Shown: in pieces, positions 1 to 8,988 of the stretch
Numbering within the stretch: the stretch's first letter is position 1
Layout of the letters: each line of letters opens with the position of its first letter
From: Fibrobacterales bacterium
Lineage (GTDB): Bacteria; Fibrobacterota; Fibrobacteria; Fibrobacterales; JAOPTW01
Length of the DNA: 64,000 nt
Direction: 5' to 3'
NCBI GenBank assembly: GCA_051532035.1
Contig: JAOPTW010000008.1
Span: 149,175-213,174, forward strand
Position numbers and translations under genes: made by a program
Notes under the pieces: model-generated
What the model was told of the DNA's origin: nothing
Seen by the model: only the letters and a program-made list of their open reading frames with translations
Database searches by the model: none

Positions 1-2
1 CA

Positions 3-476
3 CCCCAGGCGTACTTTGAGAGAGAGCGGTATTGAAATCTCTTTGCGCATTTTCTGGAGCATCTCTTGCAGGTGATCAAGATCTCTAAGAAGCCCTGAAC
101 CGCCACCGCGCTTTACCACTTTTGGAGCAGGGCACCCTGCATTAATCTCGACCATATCGGCGCCATGTTCTTGGGCCATAACAGCACCCTTAACCATCCG
201 TTCAATATCGGCACCAAAAACCTGAATACAAAAAGGGTGCTCTTCTGGATGAAAAGACATCTGCGTTATGGTATTGGGAATAAATCGAGTAATGCCTTCA
301 ACAGAGACAAATTCTGAAACAAGTAGTCCAGAAACTCCTCCGCATACCTCTTTTACCGTTCTTCTAAAACTGGTATTGGTTACTCCATGCATAGGAGAGA
401 GAATTGCATTAGGAAAAATCTCAAGATCTCCAACCTTAAGTATTTTTTTGTGGGGTTCACCGTAAATTTTTGACAT
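3..476 (-). CDS. dusB: tRNA-dihydrouridine synthase (DusB-like), 5' part, runs off the window start
   Basis: Not in ORF track. Hand translation from ATG 476: MSKIYGEPHKKILKVGDLEIFPNAILSPMHGVTNTSFRR...EEHPFCIQVFGAD...GADMVEINAGCPAPKVVKRGGGSGLLRD...KVRLG, with Dus motifs PMxGVT, QxFG and NxGCP. Confidence 0.9.
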   Translation of the reverse strand, partial: MSKIYGEPHKKILKVGDLEIFPNAILSPMHGVTNTSFRRTVKEVCGGVSGLLVSEFVSVEGITRFIPNTITQMSFHPEEHPFCIQVFGADIERMVKGAVMAQEHGADMVEINAGCPAPKVVKRGGGSGLLRDLDHLQEMLQKMRKEISIPLSLKVRLG

Positions 477-666
477 AATAATAGGGTTGGCTGATTGTCC
501 GTAAGTGCCCAAAGATAATTAATTTAGAGAGGGCATGCCAGCTGAGATGAATATATATTGAAATTGTAAAAAGAATATTCTCCATGCCTTGATTTTAGAA
601 ATAAGTTACATATATTTAAAACTGCACACAACATGTAGTGGTGTAACTTAGCCAGGAGTACTAAAC

Positions 667-993
667 TTGCCAAACGTAACAAAACGAGACATTGTACTAG
701 ATATCGCACGTTCAACTGGATTTACCCAGACTCAAATTAGAGGCGTTGTCGATGAATTTTTCACAATTGTCGCCAAAGAGCTCCAAGCAGATAAAAAAAT
801 TGAACTGCGTGGGTTCGGCACATTCTATACTAAGGATCGAAAACCTCGATTAGCTCGAAATCCTAAAACAGGAGAGCCAGTTCAGCTCGAAAAAACACGC
901 GCTCCACTCCTTAAGTTCTCATCGGACATTAAAGACAAAATTAATACCACTATTGAACTCCCTACAGAAGAAAGAATTCATTCAAGCATCTAA
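667..993 (+). CDS. HU/IHF-family DNA-binding protein
   Basis: TKRDIV...IELRGFGTF...RLARNPKTGEPV signature; TTG start preceded by AGGAG. Confidence 0.93.
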   Translation: MPNVTKRDIVLDIARSTGFTQTQIRGVVDEFFTIVAKELQADKKIELRGFGTFYTKDRKPRLARNPKTGEPVQLEKTRAPLLKFSSDIKDKINTTIELPTEERIHSSI

Positions 994-1045
994 TAGGCAA
1001 AAAGAGCTGAATTTCCTTAAATTGCTCTAAATCACCCTAAATAAT

Positions 1046-1072
1046 CAAGTTACTCAAATTTATTACCGATAG
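1046..1072 (+). promoter_or_regulatory. Putative sigma28 (FliA) promoter
   Basis: CAAG-N15-ACCGATAG versus consensus TAAA-N15-GCCGATAA; exact 15-nt spacing, about 40 nt before the 1113 ORF. Confidence 0.5.
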
Positions 1073-1092
1073 AAGAACAGTAGTTCTTCTAT
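1069..1092. repeat. Perfect 10-bp inverted repeat overlapping the putative -10 box (operator or hup terminator)
   Basis: ATAGAAGAAC-AGTA-GTTCTTCTAT followed by a T-rich run. Confidence 0.6.
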
Positions 1093-1112
1093 TTTTATTT
1101 GTATCGGAATAT

Positions 1113-2510
1113 GTGATGCGGAGTAGCGTGAAATTTTCATTGAGAACATATTATAGCCCATTGGTGATTGTTATCGTAGCGGTTATCCTCTGTGCCTCTA
1201 TTTCTTATTCTCAGATGCCTTCCTTTACAACTCAAAATGAAAAACATGTAACCCGATGGAATTTGCAGTATACGTTAGCTCAATACCACCATAACTTAAA
1301 AAAAGCAGAAGCTCAAATTCTTATCACCATTCCATTGAGTAAGAAGACCCCTGTACCTTATGCTTATTCTGAGTTCACAGGGCAAACAGCCTATCTTTCA
1401 AAAACATCTCCCGATCAAGAGGAACTCTTTTCAAGTACTCTTTCCATCGGTATCCCATTTCTTGACGGTCTTGCCTTTCTGGATTATGGAGAAAATACAA
1501 CTCTACAAATAGAGTCTTTTATAAGTAATGCTTCACTCACTATTGATACTACTATTGAATCAAAGGGAGCCATCAATCTCCACGCCTTCCATTCATCTGA
1601 CTTCTCTTTAGATCAATACTGGAATACCCTCCGGATGGGATATATATTACAATCGAGCACTCATACTCAAATGGGCTTTACACTCAATCGGCACTGGTTT
1701 GGGATACAGGCCAACGGGAATTACATTGGAGCACTCGAAGGAACGCTGAGTAGAACAACACCTCTCAGCTCAATGACTTATAATCTAAACTACTCAGACA
1801 ATCAATACCAAGGTTCACTCAACGGATCTTACTCTGGCACTGGCTGGTCTCCCGAAATCAGTATAAAATATGGGCCGGTGCGCCTGGAAGCAAAATTTGC
1901 AACCGAGATAACCCTTACAGGAAACACGTCGATTAACCACACAACTCCCTACCTTATTGATGCATTAACGCTTAACCCCACTGACACCATTATTGACTCA
2001 CTTCTCTCAGACAAAAGCCTTGATCAAGCATCACGTGGCGCTACCCATTCCACCGTGTATGAGACAAAGTCTCCTTTAAGCTTTTCGACACCGCACTTTT
2101 ATACACTAGAAGTAGAACTTCTTGATAGCACTCTGTTTATGTCATACACCAAAACCTTTGGCTCATTTTCACTCGTTGCAGCACAAGATTCGTTAGATAA
2201 GGCCACTGCCGCCGACATACGAAAGCATCTCACATTCAAAGGGTACATAGATCACCTTACTATGATTCAAGCGGCTTTCACCTACGGCTATGGCGCTGCA
2301 GGTTTTCTTATAATGAACAATCTTCCCGTTGCTCAAGCAAATCTTTTTAACTATTACAAAGAGGGGAACGTACTCGACAAGGTAACGACTGCAGTCTTTG
2401 TACCAATTTTGTATGGTGGTCTCCTTGTTGGTTCCTCTGTTCAATTTGAAGTACAGCTCCATGTCGCACCAATGGTCTCTCTAAAGCTAGGAGTTCGTTA
2501 TGTGTTTTAA
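1113..2510 (+). CDS. Hypothetical exported protein, probable outer-membrane beta-barrel
   Basis: Hydrophobic signal-like N-terminus, alternating aromatic/aliphatic strands, C-terminal SLKLGVRYVF with terminal Phe (BAM beta-signal-like). Start codon uncertain. Confidence 0.65.
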   Translation: MMRSSVKFSLRTYYSPLVIVIVAVILCASISYSQMPSFTTQNEKHVTRWNLQYTLAQYHHNLKKAEAQILITIPLSKKTPVPYAYSEFTGQTAYLSKTSPDQEELFSSTLSIGIPFLDGLAFLDYGENTTLQIESFISNASLTIDTTIESKGAINLHAFHSSDFSLDQYWNTLRMGYILQSSTHTQMGFTLNRHWFGIQANGNYIGALEGTLSRTTPLSSMTYNLNYSDNQYQGSLNGSYSGTGWSPEISIKYGPVRLEAKFATEITLTGNTSINHTTPYLIDALTLNPTDTIIDSLLSDKSLDQASRGATHSTVYETKSPLSFSTPHFYTLEVELLDSTLFMSYTKTFGSFSLVAAQDSLDKATAADIRKHLTFKGYIDHLTMIQAAFTYGYGAAGFLIMNNLPVAQANLFNYYKEGNVLDKVTTAVFVPILYGGLLVGSSVQFEVQLHVAPMVSLKLGVRYVF

Positions 2511-5500
2511 AAATTTATTCCTTCTTATAGTGCTCCCTTCGCTCATTTACTCTGCAATAACTATTACAAAACAGCCAGAGTATGACAAAATTACCCGTCA
2601 AACATCACTCTCTTTTTCTGCAACGCCAGGCATACCAACCAATGATGTTCGAATATTTGTATCACCAATAAGTCATCCTACTATCACCAATTTTCACACG
2701 TCCATAACAGACCTTACTATCACTACCGATAGTGATTCAACGGCAGTGATTCTTTTCTCGTACCCGGACCATCTCCCTTATGGCGCATACTACGTACGAA
2801 TAACTAATGCACTTCAGAGTGAATACTCCATGGAAATGCCAGCCCTCAACCCATCGCCTAATCCCGTTAAGATCAACACACCATCTTCACACGACCTCTC
2901 TTCAAACCCAACACTCACTTGGGAAAGAGATGGCCTACCCGCATTTCACCTTATTCTCTCTTCATCACCTATAGTCAACACCGACGACCTCACTTATTTT
3001 ATTGATAACGCTTCTATTGTATGGCAAACAATTACTACAGAAAACAGATTTACCTTCACGCCTCAAATGGAACAGTTCCCATCACTTCTCCCGTCACAAC
3101 AGTATACTCTTATCATTGCCCCAAGCTATGACATTAACTCTCCCTTACTCACCGATTTTACTACAGCATCACTTCTGACTTTTACTCAAAGTGAGCGCCC
3201 TCAAACTGATAGTAGCTTTGTTGCTCATTTTGAAAACCTATTAGGCACACTCCCTCTTGCACTCACTACCATTCAATGGATGAGTGACACGTCAAGTAAT
3301 AATTCCTATGAACTGACACTTCTTGAAGCAAAAATAGAGAGAGGTATTAAAAGTTATTCAGAGGTACTCACCCGTTCCACCACAGAAAACTACCTCTCTC
3401 TCCCGCTCAATTCAATTGTAACAGCTGGTAGTTTTCGACTCCTTCTTCACACTTTAGATGGTAGTGGAACAGTCATTGGGGCAGACACTGCAGCATTTGT
3501 TATACCGGCCGACTCACTCTCTGGTGCTCATACTTCTATTGTACAATTCTTGATCCAAACTATAGACAATGGGCAAACCCGTTATTTGGACAACGCAACA
3601 ATCACTCTTACATCACTCAAGAGTCGCTCAACAAAAGTTATAAAGTCAGGCTCACACCTTGCACCACTCTCTCAGGCGGGATATATTGAAGTAAGGCTCG
3701 AACAAGGCCCCTATCACATCACTATTGAAAAAATGGGATTTGAACCCTATATTACTGAAGCCTCAATTGAGTCGACCACAGAGCTCATTCAAGCAACACT
3801 CCATGCAACACCGCAACTCCTCACGGGCAGAGTAATTGACCACAACAAACTCCCCATTCCTCAACTCCAACTTATTCTAAAACGGTTCGAATCAGGACAT
3901 ACCTCTATGGTTACTACTGACAATCTCGGACGATACTTTGCAACAGTTTCTGAAGGTCACTATTCAATTACATCGGCGAGAAACTCTCAGTACGAAACCA
4001 TTACTCAGCAAATAAGTATTCAGCGTGACAGTGTCACCGCTCTTCAAGATATTATTGTGAGCCATACCGCTCACTCTATGACAGGTGCAATTGCAGATCA
4101 AACAGCAAGCCCCATAGCCAACGCACAAATAATGGTCTATCACAAACAAGAACATATTGCTACAACTCAGACAGACCAATCAGGCTTTTTTCAACTGCAA
4201 TTATCACCTGGGAGATACACTGTTCAAACCTCCAAACAGGGATTTAGTACCGTGCGCAGTGAGCATGACCTCTTTGCTCCCCTTTTTATTGATCACACAC
4301 TTTCATCAACATTTAATACCGTCACCGGGAGTACTCGGCTCCGAAGAGATATTACACAAAATTCAACCACCTATCAAGTGGTTCCCGATCAACAAATCTG
4401 GATTGTTCGACAAGACTCCACAGCAGATACTCTATGGGCAAAAACTGACGAGTATGGATATTTTTCACTATCGGTCCCCTATAGCGGAACAGATGCCCCC
4501 CCCGACACATTTATAGCGGGAACACGACTATCCGAGTACGCAATTGCAGCGCTCTCGGAGCCACTTATTTTTGATGCGCCCCGCAAAGTTGAGAAGACAA
4601 CACTCACACTCTATTTACAAGCAACTATTACCGGTTCTTTTACATTGAGTGATCTCTCTATGCCCCCCGTATCTCATTGTACGGCATCACTTATAGATAC
4701 CACTACTCTTGTATCTTACCCCACTATACTCTACCGGAATGATAGTGCATTTGTATACAGCGTCTATAATATTCCCCGTGGTGTATATCGGTTTTCAATC
4801 AATGCTCCAGGGTTTTCACAAAACGCCCCATTTATTATGAACGACCTCGAAAACATAATTGCCCCCCGTAACCTCTATACCATTCCCCCTATAGTGCTCA
4901 CCCCTCATTCTGAGGTGAGTACCTTTATTGCAGTATCACAATTGAACAATACAATGCCCCTCAAAGCAACCGTGGACCTCACCCTTCCCCTTTCACGGAT
5001 ACTCGACACGGACTCAACCTACGCACTCCCCGATGGGATCTATCACTACTCCGCAACAGCCCACAACGACACCTTACTCCCTATAGCTCATGCGACACTA
5101 TCCGTTACTTCTGGCGATACTATCATGCTCCCTTTTAATGTCGCACATAATCCCGCCCCCCTCTACAACTCTCCCTACCCCGGAACCTATACGCTGACTG
5201 TAACAAGTAGCGATAGTATCGATTCAGGATATGTTTATTACGAAACGCCCTTTGGCATCATCACCGACACCATCATTCAGCAAACGGTAACTCCAACCCA
5301 AACGTCAATACTTTTTGGTATGCCCAAACAGATTGCTCTTTCAGCATACTCCTTCAAAATTTTTGTAAATGGTATCTGTTACTCAAACAATCAACCTGGG
5401 CATCAATTTATTACTCAATTTAGTAATGCGTCATCTGATACTCTTATAGTAAGTTCACCACTAAAAAAATCATTCTCCACACTCACACAACAAAACCTCA

Positions 5501-6807
5501 CCTTATCACTCTCAGTTTCAAATAGTAACGGTCACGATATCACCACGCTACTCAACATGCCACAATCCCCCTATACTATAAACTGGAGTATTTCTGACCC
5601 TACTAAAACCATTGTACCCATTACCCCTGCACACATCAATTTTAATACGGGTACCCTTCCAGGAAATATTCAAGTAGCCGCAGCGGTCTCTTCGGGAACT
5701 AAAACAATAATCCACACATTTTCTATTACCCTTATCGAGAGTACCTTAGATTCGCTTTCCGTGATATTCCCTCCTCATTATCTCACATCAACCATCGGTG
5801 GCGACACTCTTTCACTTATGTACCTCGGGCATGACTCCTCATCAAACACACCCATGCTTATCACCCCACCCCTCACCCTCAGTCCCAACCAAGCGGGTAC
5901 TATCATTGGTTCACATATACATATAGACAGTAATTTTATTGGCCCACTTTCAGTCATAGCTACTCTCCCTAATCTATCTGATACACTAACACTCTCCGTG
6001 GGGCAGAGTGTCTCTTCTCTGAATAGTGCCGACACGTTATTTCATGACTCTCTACTCAGCATCGTCCTCCCCGACTCACTCTTTTTATACAATACAGGAA
6101 CAATTCATCTCCATAAAAGAACCGTCGAACAACTTTCACTCCGCTCACCGACCACCACGCTCTACAGTGATTTTTACGCACTTGATTACCCCTACGGACA
6201 AAAGCCTTATGGACTCCCATCCTTAAACTTCTCTATCCCTGAAGAAGATAGAACCAGCAAGCATCCTGCTCTTTTCTATGATGATTCGAGCAACACTTGG
6301 CTCCCTTTTACACAGCCTCAAAATACTTCTCAGATGTCCTTAGCTACCAAAATACCTACATCTCTTGGCTATAGCATCTTAACAGACTCACTCATTGCGT
6401 TTACTGTTATTACTGGGAGAAATGGATATTATGGTTTAACCAATGCTTTACGAGACCACACACTCCCCGAACTTGCCATAACACCGAACCCTTTTTCACC
6501 CTCTGTAACTGCTGATAGGGATGGAAATAGTCAACCAGGAACGCGCATCGATTTTTACCCATTTCACCATGAGTACTCAGAGCTCGAAGTGACACTTACT
6601 CTCTACAATATGAATGGTGAAATTGTACGTACCCTCGCACAAAATGAACTTTACTCAACCGAACAACAAAGCACCTATTGGGATGGGCTCACTGACTCAA
6701 ACCGTATGGCTCGCAATGGACGCTACCTCCTCCGCTTCACCTCCTGCTCATTTGGTTCCCAGTCTCACATTCAAGATGTTCTTAAGCCAGTGGTGCTTTT
6801 TAAATGA
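2500..6807 (+). CDS. Large secreted protein with carboxypeptidase-regulatory-like (Cna/Ig) repeats and a C-terminal FlgD-Ig / T9SS-CTD-like domain
   Basis: Signal peptide; repeats such as TGRVIDHNKLPIP...TTDNLGRY...GHYSI and TGAIADQTASPIANAQI...TDQSGFFQLQLSPGRYTV; tail ITPNPFSP...DGN...LYNMNGEIVRTL...YWDGLTDSNRMARNGRYL. Confidence 0.75.
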   Translation: MCFKNLFLLIVLPSLIYSAITITKQPEYDKITRQTSLSFSATPGIPTNDVRIFVSPISHPTITNFHTSITDLTITTDSDSTAVILFSYPDHLPYGAYYVRITNALQSEYSMEMPALNPSPNPVKINTPSSHDLSSNPTLTWERDGLPAFHLILSSSPIVNTDDLTYFIDNASIVWQTITTENRFTFTPQMEQFPSLLPSQQYTLIIAPSYDINSPLLTDFTTASLLTFTQSERPQTDSSFVAHFENLLGTLPLALTTIQWMSDTSSNNSYELTLLEAKIERGIKSYSEVLTRSTTENYLSLPLNSIVTAGSFRLLLHTLDGSGTVIGADTAAFVIPADSLSGAHTSIVQFLIQTIDNGQTRYLDNATITLTSLKSRSTKVIKSGSHLAPLSQAGYIEVRLEQGPYHITIEKMGFEPYITEASIESTTELIQATLHATPQLLTGRVIDHNKLPIPQLQLILKRFESGHTSMVTTDNLGRYFATVSEGHYSITSARNSQYETITQQISIQRDSVTALQDIIVSHTAHSMTGAIADQTASPIANAQIMVYHKQEHIATTQTDQSGFFQLQLSPGRYTVQTSKQGFSTVRSEHDLFAPLFIDHTLSSTFNTVTGSTRLRRDITQNSTTYQVVPDQQIWIVRQDSTADTLWAKTDEYGYFSLSVPYSGTDAPPDTFIAGTRLSEYAIAALSEPLIFDAPRKVEKTTLTLYLQATITGSFTLSDLSMPPVSHCTASLIDTTTLVSYPTILYRNDSAFVYSVYNIPRGVYRFSINAPGFSQNAPFIMNDLENIIAPRNLYTIPPIVLTPHSEVSTFIAVSQLNNTMPLKATVDLTLPLSRILDTDSTYALPDGIYHYSATAHNDTLLPIAHATLSVTSGDTIMLPFNVAHNPAPLYNSPYPGTYTLTVTSSDSIDSGYVYYETPFGIITDTIIQQTVTPTQTSILFGMPKQIALSAYSFKIFVNGICYSNNQPGHQFITQFSNASSDTLIVSSPLKKSFSTLTQQNLTLSLSVSNSNGHDITTLLNMPQSPYTINWSISDPTKTIVPITPAHINFNTGTLPGNIQVAAAVSSGTKTIIHTFSITLIESTLDSLSVIFPPHYLTSTIGGDTLSLMYLGHDSSSNTPMLITPPLTLSPNQAGTIIGSHIHIDSNFIGPLSVIATLPNLSDTLTLSVGQSVSSLNSADTLFHDSLLSIVLPDSLFLYNTGTIHLHKRTVEQLSLRSPTTTLYSDFYALDYPYGQKPYGLPSLNFSIPEEDRTSKHPALFYDDSSNTWLPFTQPQNTSQMSLATKIPTSLGYSILTDSLIAFTVITGRNGYYGLTNALRDHTLPELAITPNPFSPSVTADRDGNSQPGTRIDFYPFHHEYSELEVTLTLYNMNGEIVRTLAQNELYSTEQQSTYWDGLTDSNRMARNGRYLLRFTSCSFGSQSHIQDVLKPVVLFK

Positions 6808-8333
6808 TGCGATCAATTCTCATAACCATGGTACTCTTTTGTACGCTGACCTACTCAAAATCACTGCCACCCTCTCTGGCTATTTATACTCCTGTTGAGC
6901 ACAATACCACTCTTCTTGAACTTGATATATTACATAAATCCCTTCACATGGCATTTGCACAATCAGGGTACTTCTCAGTCCTCTCAATAGACGAAACAGA
7001 AAACCGCCTTACAACTCTGGGCGAAGAGAGTTCAACAAAATGCCTATCAAACCTCTGTTTTTACCTCACCGGAAGAAAACTCTCAATTGATCTTGCGTTG
7101 GGGTCGTACTTTTCAAAAAAAGATGGGGTCTACTACCTAGAGGTGAGTCTCTATGATATTCATTCACTAGAAAACATTGCTACTGCGTCAAAGTCCATTA
7201 AGGCATATCACAAAGAAGACATCGTTATCCTGAGTAAAGCTGTCGCAGAGGAACTTACAGGATTTCATACTCCACTAAAGGAGCAGAATAAACCAAAGAA
7301 TTTTGATTCTAATCATAGCAGTTATGCTAGTTGGGGCGTTGCAGTTGCATCACTCACTGCTGTAGCCGGATACATCCTCTATGACAACCATCTATTTGAC
7401 TCAAAGGATGATAACACCACCGTACTCAGCAGTCCATTAACTCCTAATACGGCAAGACTTTCGGGGCTCCGTGGCTTCTATGCATCGACTCCCTCGGGGG
7501 CGCGTTATAAAGCAATGGGCTCTATCGGTGTCTCTATGGTTAATGATGGATTTGCACCACTCATTAATCCGGCAGGGCTTGTACACCTTACTCATAAAAG
7601 CATTACAGTCTCTCACGCAACACTCCCTGGCGATGTGTCACAACTCTATATGAGTTACTCATCAATGCTCATTAGAAATCTATTTCATAGTCAAGCAGTT
7701 ACGGTAGAAGGGGATGATCTGGTTAAAGAGTTTCAATTTCTCTCTTCCTATGCCACAGACCTCTCTCTCTATTCAAAATACCTAACTGCTGTACGTGCAG
7801 GTATCACGTTCAAAGGCTATGTTGTTACAACGGGCACCGATGGGACAGGCATAGAGAAATCTACTGGCCGTGGGCTCGGCTACGGTGTGGACTTGGGTAT
7901 TCAATGGAGCCTCCTTAATAACTTTCATTTTGGGGCACAACTTAAAGATCTCTATAGTTCAATCCACTATAAGAATACCTTGACCGATTCAAAATACACA
8001 GAGGACCTCCCTCCTCTCTTTACCATCGGCGGGCATTTTGAAAGTGACTTCGCCCTGAATCTAGGGCTCAGTATTCAAAAAGGCCTCTACGCCGACCAAA
8101 AAGATCACCTTTCTCTCGGGTTCGAAAAACAGATCCTCGGCATCTTGTGGCTTCGGTCAGGTATGACACAAATATTAAATCAAGAGGGGTTTAGAAAGTG
8201 GGGTATTGGCTTTGGCTTACAACATAAGCAAGGGCGCTTTACAGTAAAAATTGACTACAGCTATGATTACGGGTATGAGAACTCAGAAATTTTTAATAAA
8301 AAGCAGAACGTTACCATGGCTATTCTATTTTAA
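6804..8333 (+). CDS. PorV/PorQ (FadL-like) beta-barrel fused to an N-terminal CsgG/TolB-N-like domain
   Basis: GARYKAMG...DGFAPLINPAGL hatch motif, GYGVDLG, IDYSY, terminal Phe; N-domain with CLSNLC...GRKL...GSY pattern; ATGA overlap with the upstream gene. Confidence 0.7.
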   Translation: MMRSILITMVLFCTLTYSKSLPPSLAIYTPVEHNTTLLELDILHKSLHMAFAQSGYFSVLSIDETENRLTTLGEESSTKCLSNLCFYLTGRKLSIDLALGSYFSKKDGVYYLEVSLYDIHSLENIATASKSIKAYHKEDIVILSKAVAEELTGFHTPLKEQNKPKNFDSNHSSYASWGVAVASLTAVAGYILYDNHLFDSKDDNTTVLSSPLTPNTARLSGLRGFYASTPSGARYKAMGSIGVSMVNDGFAPLINPAGLVHLTHKSITVSHATLPGDVSQLYMSYSSMLIRNLFHSQAVTVEGDDLVKEFQFLSSYATDLSLYSKYLTAVRAGITFKGYVVTTGTDGTGIEKSTGRGLGYGVDLGIQWSLLNNFHFGAQLKDLYSSIHYKNTLTDSKYTEDLPPLFTIGGHFESDFALNLGLSIQKGLYADQKDHLSLGFEKQILGILWLRSGMTQILNQEGFRKWGIGFGLQHKQGRFTVKIDYSYDYGYENSEIFNKKQNVTMAILF

Positions 8334-8348
8334 AAGCATCCTTAGGCC

Positions 8349-8987
8349 CTACTCTTCAATAAGAAAATGGTCGAGAATATCTTTTTCTTCTAAGAGTTCG
8401 ATAATCGCCTTACTTGGGTTTTTAATATACACCTCATGCCCCTTTCGCATTGCTGAAATTACAATGAGTGATTCGGCATCTATAAAACCTACATGTTCAA
8501 AATCGAGAATAACCTTACCTGGTTTCAATTTTTTAAGGCAATGATTAAATTGTTCAGTTCGTGATACAAACCCTTCAAGTTTTATTATCTGTTCACCAGC
8601 ATTATTTTCACTAATGCGGCAACTAAAGGAAATGCCACTTTGACTACGCGCATTCTGTTCGAGCCCTTCGTACTCCTCGCAACTCATGCAGAGTCGTAAA
8701 TATCCATCAAGCTGTGTCATCTGAAGAACATTCAACACCGCAGGAGTCATGCCCACAAGTACAAACTGCAAATCAAAGCTATCGAGCAACTTAAATAGTT
8801 TTAGAAACATCGTGAGATGCTGACTAAAAATCGATTCTATATTTTGAAGGTCAAACACCACATCTTTTTGTTCTTGCATCATTTTTTTTTCTACAAACAA
8901 ATAGATCTCATCAACTAACGATTCCCGTAACTCACCTGGAGTGAAGCAGTGATACGTCTCTCTGTTACTATAACCCAGTACATCCAT
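8349..8987 (-). CDS. Tandem STAS-domain protein (anti-sigma factor antagonist-like)
   Basis: Two STAS-like halves: VVFDLQNIESIFSQHL...VLNVLQMTQLD and VILDFEHVGFIDAESL. Likely start ATG 8987, 1 nt after the fapA stop. Confidence 0.7.
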   Translation of the reverse strand: MDVLGYSNRETYHCFTPGELRESLVDEIYLFVEKKMMQEQKDVVFDLQNIESIFSQHLTMFLKLFKLLDSFDLQFVLVGMTPAVLNVLQMTQLDGYLRLCMSCEEYEGLEQNARSQSGISFSCRISENNAGEQIIKLEGFVSRTEQFNHCLKKLKPGKVILDFEHVGFIDAESLIVISAMRKGHEVYIKNPSKAIIELLEEKDILDHFLIEE

Positions 8988-8988
8988 A

